A stretch of DNA of 64,000 nucleotides from Candidatus Woesearchaeota archaeon (GTDB lineage: Archaea > Nanobdellota > Nanobdellia > Woesearchaeales > GW2011-AR9): NCBI GenBank assembly GCA_018696595.1, contig JABHQW010000003.1, positions 64,001 through 128,000 of the forward strand. The letters are read 5' to 3'. Positions 45,493-54,166 of this stretch are shown here, piece by piece. Under the pieces are notes generated by a model that saw only the letters and a program-made list of their open reading frames with translations, was not told where the DNA came from and ran no database searches. Every line of letters starts with the position of its first letter. The first letter of the stretch is position 1. Made by a program: the position numbers and the translations under genes.

Positions 45493-46607
45493 AAATAATC
45501 TATTGTGATAATAACTCCACTACTCAAGTAGATAAGAAAGTACTAAATGAAATGTTGCCTTACTTTTGTGAGAAATTTGGTAATGCTTCTAGTATTGACC
45601 ATGTTTATGGAAATGAATTATTACCTGAGATCAAGAAAGCAAGAGAGTCTATTGCTAAAGTAATTAATTGTGATTTTGATGAAATTATATTCACTAGTGG
45701 TGCTACTGAATCTAATAATTTGGCAATTATGGGCACAGTTGAGCAGTTAAAAGAAAAAGGAAATCATATTGTTACTTCTTCAATTGAACATAAATCAATT
45801 TTGAATGTTTGTCAAGAATTAGAAAAAAGAGGTTTTCAAGTTACTTATGTTTCTCCTGACAAGAGCGGAGTGTTGAAATCTGAAGATATTAAGTCTGCAA
45901 TTACTGATCAAACTATATTGATTTCGATTATGGGTGCCAATAATGAAATTGGCACTATTCAACCTATCAAAGAAATTGGCATTATTGCTAAAGAAAAAGG
46001 AATTGTATTTCATACTGATTCTGCACAAGCTTTTGGAAAAATTTCTTTAGATGTAAATAATATTGATTTAATGTCAATATCATCGCATAAAGTGTATGGT
46101 CCTAAAGGAATTGGTGCTTTATTTATTAGAAGAGGAGTAAAAATAAAACCTATCATTTTTGGTGGTGGCCAAGAAGGAAAGATACGACCAGGCACCTATA
46201 ATGTTCCAAGCATAGTTGGTTTTGGAAAAGCAAGTGAATTAGTTTCATTAAAGAATCAAGAATTAATTAAAAATTTAACTATGAATTTATATGATCGTTT
46301 GTCTGAACATGTCCAACTAAATGGAGATCTAAATAATCGTATTCCTGGAAATCTAAATTTGTTTGTTGAGGATGTTGATTCAAAAGCTTTAATTAATGAA
46401 GTAAAGACAAGTCTTGCAATTTCTGCAGGTTCCGCTTGTAATAGTGATGAAGTAACTCCTTCTCATGTTATTCTAGCTTTAGGATATGATGATAATAGAG
46501 CATATAGTAGTATTAGAATTGGATTAGGAAGATTTACAACGGAAGAAGAAATAAATAAAGTGGTAAATGTTTTAATTCCAGCAATTAAGAAACTGAGAAA
46601 TTTATAA
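45489..46607 (+). CDS. dndA: Cysteine desulfurase DndA/IscS
   Basis: YCDNNSTT, FTSGATESNN, SSIEHKS, HTDSAQ, SSHKVYGPKG (PLP lysine), SAGSAC catalytic Cys; ATGA overlap with dndE. Confidence 0.92.
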   Translation: MKIIYCDNNSTTQVDKKVLNEMLPYFCEKFGNASSIDHVYGNELLPEIKKARESIAKVINCDFDEIIFTSGATESNNLAIMGTVEQLKEKGNHIVTSSIEHKSILNVCQELEKRGFQVTYVSPDKSGVLKSEDIKSAITDQTILISIMGANNEIGTIQPIKEIGIIAKEKGIVFHTDSAQAFGKISLDVNNIDLMSISSHKVYGPKGIGALFIRRGVKIKPIIFGGGQEGKIRPGTYNVPSIVGFGKASELVSLKNQELIKNLTMNLYDRLSEHVQLNGDLNNRIPGNLNLFVEDVDSKALINEVKTSLAISAGSACNSDEVTPSHVILALGYDDNRAYSSIRIGLGRFTTEEEINKVVNVLIPAIKKLRNL

Positions 46608-46623
46608 ATATAAATTATAAAAT

Positions 46624-46998
46624 TTAATAATCATTCCCCAAAATCTTGTGTTTAAGCAATAATAATCTGATCTCATGATTCTCCTGATTCTCAAGTTTTC
46701 TTTTAATATTCTCACTTAAGTTTTTCCCGCTTTTATCAATTACTTCTTTAATAATACTAAACACTTTCCGTGATCTATCAATTAAGGGGAATATTGATTC
46801 TACTTCTTCATGTGTCATCCTTCCTAGACGGCATATGGAATACTCTCCATTACCTTGTTTAAATTCTTTAATTATTTGTAACTTTGGATTCCCTTTGTTA
46901 TAAGAATATATTACTATTCTAAATTTAGTTTTTCCTATGTTCACAGATTCTGAGAATAATTCAAGATCTAAATTAACATCATATCCAAATTTAGTCAT
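46624..46998 (-). CDS. PC4/YdbC-like ssDNA-binding-fold protein with conserved C-terminal tail
   Basis: D..LFSESV...K.RIVIYSYNKGNPKLQI......GEY...RLGRMT.EE pattern. ATG 46998 forms an ATGA overlap with the upstream stop (track start 47058 is likely too long). Confidence 0.65.
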   Translation of the reverse strand: MTKFGYDVNLDLELFSESVNIGKTKFRIVIYSYNKGNPKLQIIKEFKQGNGEYSICRLGRMTHEEVESIFPLIDRSRKVFSIIKEVIDKSGKNLSENIKRKLENQENHEIRLLLLKHKILGNDY

Positions 46999-48413
46999 TT
47001 CACCAACTCCCTCAACGCTTCTACAATCCAGATCATACCTTCGGTATCTAACTCGCAATACTTAAGCAGATCATCACGGACATCTTCACCGCCGTTGAGC
47101 ATCTTTACAAATAACAAAGAAGCAGTATCGCCATCAGAGATTTCTAAATGAGAATAATCTTTACCAACAATCGCAGGTAAGACTTTCTTTAAAGAAGCTG
47201 AACCTTTCTGTTTAAGATTGTAATAATGAAATTGTCTGAAAGGAACAATTAAATCAACCACTCTACTAACTACGCCCTCAACCCAATCTTTATATTCAGG
47301 AAATACTAAACCTAACTCTCGTAACCGACCAATCTCAAAAGATTGATTATATGTTACAATAGTTCCAGAAGAACCTAAAACTTCTTTCAAAGCTTTAAGA
47401 AATTCTAAGCGACAATCTAATTTAGAACCTAAAAACTCATAATGCTTATCATTAACATGTAAAGACCATTGAAACGGAATTTGTTGGTATGGTTTAGTTC
47501 CATCTAAAATAGGAACAGCTGACCGAAAAGTTTCGAAATCTAAATAGTATAGTTCACCTTTCAAAGTATTAAGAAACTTTTCAATCTCTTCTTTATTTAC
47601 ATGAACTTTTCCATTAATCTCACATTGATGTTGAATACCTTGTTTATCAGATAATTTAAACTCAGAAGGAATGTCTTTCAATTCTAAAATTCCATCTTCA
47701 TATAACTGAAAACTTTTCTTCCCACCACGAGATAAATCAAAAACACTTGAAGAAGGTAAAAATCCCCAACATCCATCTTCTAAAGGACAATCGTAAGGGT
47801 CAGCACAATCTGACGAAATCTTTACAGTAGGACAAACATTAGATCTCATTACTTTAAGCATTTCATCAATCTTTTCTTTAATTCCTGTAACTTCACTAAC
47901 TAAAGAAGTAATATCTTCTTTAACAAAGAACTTTACAGGGTCTATCTCTCCATCTTTAACAAACTTATTATTAACATGCATTAAAAAACAATTCTTAATT
48001 TTCAAACCACATAAAGAATAAACATATTTCTGAAATGCAACATCTTGAATATTAATTTTTTTAACAGAAGCGCCAGATTTAACTTCAATAATGTCCCAAC
48101 CATCTTCATTAGGAACAAGAACGTCTGCCCGAGAATAAACTTCTCCATCTGAATAGGCTGCTTCGAATAAAGGTTTGCCTTCAGACAATAGTTTTCTTGA
48201 ATTAATCAAACTTCCTTTAAAATCAGCTTCAGGGATATCAATGCCTTCTGGAAACATTTTCTTTGCTAACTGACCAACGATATGACCTTGATCAAACTTA
48301 TGTTTAGTAGCTAAATCATGTTCAGGAATTTTATCTTTCTCATGCAAATCTATCCAGAAGTACTTTAAACATTGTAGTCCGACTAAGTATCTTGATTTTG
48401 TTAATAATGCCAT
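46995..48413 (-). CDS. DUF2779-type protein (Cas4-like PD-(D/E)xK N-terminus + RNase-H-like C-terminus)
   Basis: LTKSRYLVGLQC, RADVL..WDIIEVKS, DVAFQ.Y, YYLDFET..YQQIPFQWS, YN.SFE, SLKKVLP, YCELDT. Confidence 0.82.
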   Translation of the reverse strand: MALLTKSRYLVGLQCLKYFWIDLHEKDKIPEHDLATKHKFDQGHIVGQLAKKMFPEGIDIPEADFKGSLINSRKLLSEGKPLFEAAYSDGEVYSRADVLVPNEDGWDIIEVKSGASVKKINIQDVAFQKYVYSLCGLKIKNCFLMHVNNKFVKDGEIDPVKFFVKEDITSLVSEVTGIKEKIDEMLKVMRSNVCPTVKISSDCADPYDCPLEDGCWGFLPSSSVFDLSRGGKKSFQLYEDGILELKDIPSEFKLSDKQGIQHQCEINGKVHVNKEEIEKFLNTLKGELYYLDFETFRSAVPILDGTKPYQQIPFQWSLHVNDKHYEFLGSKLDCRLEFLKALKEVLGSSGTIVTYNQSFEIGRLRELGLVFPEYKDWVEGVVSRVVDLIVPFRQFHYYNLKQKGSASLKKVLPAIVGKDYSHLEISDGDTASLLFVKMLNGGEDVRDDLLKYCELDTEGMIWIVEALRELVK

Positions 48414-48476
48414 TTTATACTAAAATATAAGCTACATTAAAAATTTAACTAAAACATCGCCCCAAAACACCACTAA

Positions 48477-50189
48477 CTATTCTAAGCCAAATTTTCTTAA
48501 CCTACTTCTTATAGCACCCGGTTGTCGTTTTAGAATTCTAGCAATTTCATCAACTGAAACAGATAGTTCAAATAACCTTCTTAATCTATCATCATCATCT
48601 ACGCCCCAAGAAGCATAAGCATTTGGAGATGTTTCTTGTATTTGTTCTATTCTTTTATGATAATCAGTTTTAATATTTACTTTCTCACTCTCAGTTGTAT
48701 GATCATTAATTACATCTAAAAATGCTTCTCCATAATCACTTAACTTGTTATGACCAACACCTTTAATTTGTAAAAATTCTGCATTATTCTTTGGCAAGTA
48801 TGAAACCATCTCTCTTAAAGAAACATCTCCAAACACAATGTAAGGAGGACAATTTTTTCTTCTGGCAATTTTCAATCTTAAAGCTCTTAACTTCTGAAAT
48901 AAACCAGTATCTACCCCAGAGACTACTATTTTCTTAGAAACTGTTCTTCCCTTAGAGACCACTTCAGAAACCCCAGAAACAACTTTTATCCCAAGACCGC
49001 CTTTACAGATATCACACCCGTTACAATTATTCCCAGAATATGACTCCCCTAAATATTCTAAAATGCTCTTTCTCCGACATAATGAACTTTCACAAAAACT
49101 CATCATTCTGTTCAACTTGTTTAATGCAGTACTTTTCATTAAAGGATTATAAATATTTTTAAGAAAAAATTTATGTTTTATAATATCGCCTCTTGAATAA
49201 AATAAAACACAATCACTGGAAAGTCCATCACGTCCTGCTCTACCAATCTCTTGATAATATCCTTCTAGTGATTTTGAAAACGTATGATGGATTACTAATC
49301 GCACGTCAGGCTTGTCTATCCCCATCCCAAAAGCAATTGTAGCTACAATTATATTTACTTCATCTTTGATAAATAGATCTTGATTCTTCTGTCTTAATTC
49401 ACTAGAAAGACCTGCATGGTATGGTAAGGCGTTAAATCCACCCTCCCTTAACTGTTTAGCAACTTTCATTGTATCTTTACGAGAAAAACAATAAATGATT
49501 GTAGGTTCACCCTGATGTTTTTTTACCAAACCCAATATTTTGTTAAAAGTCTTCTTTTTCTCAGTAACAATTATGTTTAAATTTTCTCTATCAAAACTTG
49601 AAATAAATGTTTGTGGATTTACTAATGCTAATTGTTTTAGAATATCTTCTCTAACTTTTAATGTGGCAGTTGCTGTTAAAGCAATGATGGGCGTTTCAGG
49701 AAATAAAGTTTTGAATAATTTTAAATTTCCATAATCTTTACGAAAGTCATGTCCCCATTCAGAAATACAATGTGCTTCATCAATTGCTATTAAACTGATG
49801 TTAAGTGTTAATAAAAATCTTTTAAATTTTTCTAATGCTAATCTTTCAGGAGCAACATAAAGAATTTTAACATCATTCTGTTTAATTCTTTCTTTAATCT
49901 CTTCAATTTCACTATAAGAAAGAGTAGAATTAATAAATTCTGCTTTAATTCCATTTGCTTTTAAGTTATCAACTTGATCTTTCATTAAAGAAATCAAAGG
50001 TGAAACTACAATGGTAAGTCCTTCAAGTTGAATAGCAGGTATTTGATAACAAATTGACTTCCCTCCACCAGTTGGCATTAGAACCAGTGAATCTTTCTTT
50101 TGTAGAACACGATTAATAATATCTAATTGTAATGGTCTAAATTTATCATAACCAAAATGTTTTTTTAATAATAATTCCATACTTGACAA
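48477..50189 (-). CDS. recQ: RecQ helicase with HRDC and terminal Myb-like HTH
   Basis: MPTGGGKS, SPLISLMKDQV, IDEAHCISEWGHDFR, ALTATAT, YHAGL, TIAFGMGIDKPDVR, YYQEIGRAGRDG, CRR, HRDC (PPYIVFGDVSLREM). Confidence 0.95.
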   Translation of the reverse strand: MSSMELLLKKHFGYDKFRPLQLDIINRVLQKKDSLVLMPTGGGKSICYQIPAIQLEGLTIVVSPLISLMKDQVDNLKANGIKAEFINSTLSYSEIEEIKERIKQNDVKILYVAPERLALEKFKRFLLTLNISLIAIDEAHCISEWGHDFRKDYGNLKLFKTLFPETPIIALTATATLKVREDILKQLALVNPQTFISSFDRENLNIIVTEKKKTFNKILGLVKKHQGEPTIIYCFSRKDTMKVAKQLREGGFNALPYHAGLSSELRQKNQDLFIKDEVNIIVATIAFGMGIDKPDVRLVIHHTFSKSLEGYYQEIGRAGRDGLSSDCVLFYSRGDIIKHKFFLKNIYNPLMKSTALNKLNRMMSFCESSLCRRKSILEYLGESYSGNNCNGCDICKGGLGIKVVSGVSEVVSKGRTVSKKIVVSGVDTGLFQKLRALRLKIARRKNCPPYIVFGDVSLREMVSYLPKNNAEFLQIKGVGHNKLSDYGEAFLDVINDHTTESEKVNIKTDYHKRIEQIQETSPNAYASWGVDDDDRLRRLFELSVSVDEIARILKRQPGAIRSRLRKFGLE

Positions 50190-50320
50190 AATTTTAAATT
50201 TAAAGATATATAAGTTTTGTTATTCCTTCAGAATCTTCCCAACCTGCTAGTTTCATGGCAACCAAACATATATTCCCCATTACAAAAGTAATTATAAACA
50301 ATTAAGCAATAACTCATCCC

Positions 50321-50650
50321 ATGTCCAAAACAAATGAACAAAAATTGGTAGATCGGTTAAACCAAGACTTAGAACCTGGAAAATTCATACAACTAGAAGG
50401 AAAAGTTGCTTTTGGCCCATTAGGTGAAGAAAACAAAGTTGATATTGGTGCCCCAGGAACATTGATATATGTTGGACATTTTAGAATTTCTTCAAGTGGA
50501 GACAATCACAGATTAAACTTTAACGGTGGATATTTTGATTTTCATCATGGAAGAGATGCACAAGTTCATGAAAAACAAATTCATATTCCCATCGACAATC
50601 CAGAAAATTATGGGTTAGATTTATTCGGTCTAAGAAAAATCCAATATTAA
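50321..50650 (+). CDS. Hypothetical protein
   Basis: 109-aa ORF with upstream TTATAAA. Confidence 0.5.
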   Translation: MSKTNEQKLVDRLNQDLEPGKFIQLEGKVAFGPLGEENKVDIGAPGTLIYVGHFRISSSGDNHRLNFNGGYFDFHHGRDAQVHEKQIHIPIDNPENYGLDLFGLRKIQY

Positions 50651-50659
50651 AAAGTTAAA

Positions 50660-51199
50660 TTAAACAAGTTCTCTTTTCAGAATCTTATGAGCATTATTGA
50701 TTGCTTTAAACTTCTCTGTACTACCACCAGAAACGTCAGGATGAGCACTCTTAGCCATTTGTTTATAGTTTTGACTAATTAGTTCCAAGTCATTACAATC
50801 TTCTTCAACACCAAGTAATTCACGAGCTTCTTTACGTTTTTCTTCAACATCATCTTCTTCATAAAAGTCAACAGTAAATTGTTCAGGTCTCTTCTCTTCA
50901 TTCAGAATTAAGTTAACTTCAGATTCAATTACTTTTAACACAACATAAAGATTATCAACATACTTCCTGGAACGATTGTAACTGTAATAAAGATGTTGTC
51001 CTTCTAAATACCAAGAAGCTGAAGCTCGTCCTCTTCTAAAAGCCATTGGTGGTAATTCTACATTAATATCATCTTCAGGAATACCAATTTTCTTAAGTAA
51101 AGTAATAATACTATTTTTGAATTGTAATGCTCTTCTGTCGAAGGAATCTCTAATTAAAGGTTCTTTGAATTCATGTCCTTTAACTGTAATGTTAGCCAT
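50660..51199 (-). CDS. Protein with C-terminal DnaJ (J) domain
   Basis: ARELLGV...YKQMAKSAHPD..GGS.EKFKAINNAH; ATG 51199 preferred. Confidence 0.85.
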   Translation of the reverse strand: MANITVKGHEFKEPLIRDSFDRRALQFKNSIITLLKKIGIPEDDINVELPPMAFRRGRASASWYLEGQHLYYSYNRSRKYVDNLYVVLKVIESEVNLILNEEKRPEQFTVDFYEEDDVEEKRKEARELLGVEEDCNDLELISQNYKQMAKSAHPDVSGGSTEKFKAINNAHKILKRELV

Positions 51200-51302
51200 T
51201 CCTAGCAAAATCAGTTGTTTGTTTATAAAGTTATACCAAAGATATGCTAATATGAAACCCTCACCATTGCCATCAGGTCAAAATTCCTGCGAAATAATCT
51301 TT

Positions 51303-51345
51303 TAGTGCGTTACGGGGGGTTGTCCCTTACGGGGACGTAGCACTA
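51303..51345. ncRNA. GC-rich intergenic hairpin with C-rich bulge (related to 57323-57357)
   Basis: TAGTGC/GCACTA, TACG/CGTA and CCC-GTAA-GGG (minus strand) stems. Confidence 0.45.
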
Positions 51346-51453
51346 TAAAAACAAACTTAAAGAATTTTGAAGGCAAAAAAAGAGGGATTCATATTAGTAT
51401 TAAAGATAACAATAAACAATAACAAATATAAACAACAAACATTTAATTTCCTC

Positions 51454-51741
51454 ATGGAAACTAAACAATGGTTTGTTTACATCTTAGAATGTCATAACGA
51501 TTCTCTTTATACAGGTATCACTAACGATTTAGAGAAACGTATGCTCACTCATAAAAGTGGCAAAGGAAGTAAATATGTTCGTGCAAAAGGTTTCAAAAAA
51601 TTATTACATGCAATTTCTACAACAAACAAAAGTGAAGCAGCTAAGATGGAATATCAAATTAAGCAATTAGAACGAAACGACAAGATTACTTTCTTTATGA
51701 AACACCCAGATTTATTAAATAATCAATCAAAAGAGAATTAA
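51454..51741 (+). CDS. GIY-YIG nuclease (YhbQ/UPF0213-like)
   Basis: WFVYILEC..SLYTGITNDLEKR..H..GKGSKY, A.K.E..IK; ATG 51454 preferred to TTG 51367. Confidence 0.9.
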   Translation: METKQWFVYILECHNDSLYTGITNDLEKRMLTHKSGKGSKYVRAKGFKKLLHAISTTNKSEAAKMEYQIKQLERNDKITFFMKHPDLLNNQSKEN

Positions 51742-51877
51742 AAAATTCTATCTCTGTTAAAACAAAGAAGTTAGAAATACTATTTTTTATGAAATTTAAT
51801 AGAAACTTAATATTTACTTACTAAATAGTGGTTACATTATAGGAACATTTATAAACCCTATATCATTCAAAGAGGTT

Positions 51878-52516
51878 ATGAAAGATTTTAACGATTACTT
51901 GTTACATGTTAAAGAAATGCGAAAGATATTAGCTTCAGAAGAAACTCAACAATTGACTAGAGAAATCCGTTCTAAAGGTAACAAACCAAGATATGTACCC
52001 TCATTTGAATTACCTATATACCCTACGCATGATAATCAGTTGTTATTTACTGATTTGAATGTTGAGGATCTTACATGTATGATGGAAAATTTAGGGTTTA
52101 AGGTTTCTGGAGAAAGGACTTCTGAAAATTCTCGTTGGGATTGGCATACTAAAGGATTATTCAAACAATATTCAATGAGATATGGGGAACAGGGAATTTC
52201 CGCAGCAGTTGGTTATGACCCTGCTACAATCTATTTCGCATCTTTAGACAAAGAAGTGGTTGAAACAACAATAGGGTTAAAAGTTGAATCACCAGAAGTA
52301 GAATTCTTAGGCAAAAGACTTACTCCAGATAATGAACCTCGACTAATTACATCAATACCATTATCCTCATTTGTAACGTTACACCCAAACGATGCAACAC
52401 CTCAGCAAAGTGAAGATGTAGTAATTAAGCTTCTTGAACAAACTGTGGAAAGAAATGCAAATGGTTTTTATGGTGGGTTTAAGTCACAGCGTGGTGTACT
52501 TCATCAAGTTAAATAA
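51878..52516 (+). CDS. Hypothetical protein
   Basis: 212-aa ORF with TATA box and GAGG SD. Confidence 0.55.
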   Translation: MKDFNDYLLHVKEMRKILASEETQQLTREIRSKGNKPRYVPSFELPIYPTHDNQLLFTDLNVEDLTCMMENLGFKVSGERTSENSRWDWHTKGLFKQYSMRYGEQGISAAVGYDPATIYFASLDKEVVETTIGLKVESPEVEFLGKRLTPDNEPRLITSIPLSSFVTLHPNDATPQQSEDVVIKLLEQTVERNANGFYGGFKSQRGVLHQVK

Positions 52517-52558
52517 AGAAAATATAACTTTGTAAACTAATTTCCAAACTGTCATTTT

Positions 52559-54103
52559 CTAAAACTTCTCTAAACTCAACTGTCCTTTCCGAGTCATCTT
52601 AGGTATTTCTCGAACTTCCATTCCAACTTGCTTATGAACATCAACAGCAAGTTTCACACCAATCATTTGTGCTAAACTAGTCAGATCTGTTTTCTTTACA
52701 TCACCAAGATCTTTTATGCCATTAAGAACCATCTTTCTAGCACGAACTCTACCAACGCCCTTCAATTTCAATAAAGGTAACAGATCGGCTTTAACACCGC
52801 TTTTAACACGAATACGAAGTTTATGTAATTCGTTCAATAAATATTTATCATTAGAAGAAACTCTTACTAATTCGGAAGAAGCATAAAACAACCAATTAGC
52901 AACTTCTATCTTAACTCGAATTTCTCCAGGTCGAATATCAAAATTCTCTAACAAAAAATCTTCATTAGTTTCATTAATCCATGCTTCAAAAAACAAGGAA
53001 GTTTTAATTGAATTAATGAATTCATCATATTCTAAATCGAAAGCAGACGGTTCTTCTTTTAATAATTGGTCATAGTTTTTAACTAAACCTTCCTGAATTT
53101 TATCTTGTTCTTTCGCTTTAACCCTTAACAGAGGTCGCATTTCTAAAGTGTGTGAAATCATTTGTAATAAAGAAAATTCATTTTTCTCAGAAGAAAAATT
53201 TGCTAAACAATCTAAAATGTGTCTTGCTGTTAATGGATCTAGATAAAGTTGAGAAACTCTTTTACCAAGCAAAGTTGGTTTCAGTTTCCTAATTTCCTTC
53301 TTACCCTGGTCTAAATCATTAGCAGAAACAAAATCATCTTTAACTCCGCTTTCACCAAAAACTTTAACAAATCCCCATTCATCCAAAAGACCTAACATTT
53401 TTTCCATAATCATTTCCAGTTTTGCAAAATCTTTAAACTGAGATGCCCAGAAAGTTCTTGAAAAGAATTCTTTCATTGATTTGTCATCAGTGATTATTCC
53501 AGAAGAAATTAACGATAATAAATAAGTTCTTAACACCGGTTCAACAGCAAGTTTAGAATAAATATCTTCAGGTTCACCTAAAACATATCTTTCATGAATT
53601 TCATCTTTTTCTTTATCAGTTCTGGCAATTGTAATTGCTTGACCTTCTTTTTCAAATTCAGGGCGACCAGCTCTGCCAGCCATTTGCATATATTCTAAAA
53701 CAGGAATCCAATCCATACCCCAACGACCAGAATACCTTTTTAGAGATTTGATGATTACTCTGTAAGCTGGTAATGAAAGTCCAGCAGCCAAAGTCGGAGT
53801 AGCACAAACAATTTTAATTTTTCCAGATCGAAATTCGTCTTCAACCAGATCTTTCTGTTTTTGCATTAATCCAGCATGATGGAAAGCAACCCCTTTTCTA
53901 ATACAATGAGATAATCTTCGACATTGTTTCGTTGGCGAAGAAGCTGCTTTCAAAACTACTTCTTCCATTTCCGGATGTTGAAAACTTGTTAATTTAGAAA
54001 TATCTTCAGCAGTCTTTTCTGCAGAAGCTCTAGATGCAACAAAAACTATTGCTTGCTTATTCTTTTGCATAGTTTCTACTGCTAATTTCTGAATATCATC
54101 CAT
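52559..54103 (-). CDS. Hel308/Ski2-like helicase, C-terminal half only
   Basis: QAIVFVASR, VAFHHAGL, ATPTLAAGLSLPA, QMAGRAGRP, ratchet helix and HhH (LKGVGRVRAR). Motifs I-III are absent. Confidence 0.85.
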   Translation of the reverse strand: MDDIQKLAVETMQKNKQAIVFVASRASAEKTAEDISKLTSFQHPEMEEVVLKAASSPTKQCRRLSHCIRKGVAFHHAGLMQKQKDLVEDEFRSGKIKIVCATPTLAAGLSLPAYRVIIKSLKRYSGRWGMDWIPVLEYMQMAGRAGRPEFEKEGQAITIARTDKEKDEIHERYVLGEPEDIYSKLAVEPVLRTYLLSLISSGIITDDKSMKEFFSRTFWASQFKDFAKLEMIMEKMLGLLDEWGFVKVFGESGVKDDFVSANDLDQGKKEIRKLKPTLLGKRVSQLYLDPLTARHILDCLANFSSEKNEFSLLQMISHTLEMRPLLRVKAKEQDKIQEGLVKNYDQLLKEEPSAFDLEYDEFINSIKTSLFFEAWINETNEDFLLENFDIRPGEIRVKIEVANWLFYASSELVRVSSNDKYLLNELHKLRIRVKSGVKADLLPLLKLKGVGRVRARKMVLNGIKDLGDVKKTDLTSLAQMIGVKLAVDVHKQVGMEVREIPKMTRKGQLSLEKF

Positions 54104-54166
54104 TTATAGCTAGGATAGAAGGGAATATATTAAGTTAATGGTTAGAAAAGAAAAAAAGAAAAAAAA

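Larger units (their letters stand above)
25527..50189. mobile_element. Probable accessory/defence island; boundaries approximate
   Basis: Recombinase at the left end followed by ATPase, helicases, nucleases and the PT system. The core looks visibly more AT-rich by eye. No att duplication was found. Confidence 0.45.

Noticed and set aside
35745-46674. 15-bp inverted repeat GAGATCAGATTATTA (35745-35759 / 46660-46674) as transposon ends or shufflon sites inverting the pbe-dnd block
   Set aside because: The identity lies inside the shared peptide, and the flanking differences are mostly synonymous, which favours protein-level constraint. No target duplication or site symmetry was seen. Long reads showing both orientations would revive this idea.
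21746-51872. 13-bp match TATCATTCAAAGA near 21746 and 51860
   Set aside because: Short AT-rich match expected by chance in 64 kb; the contexts are unrelated.
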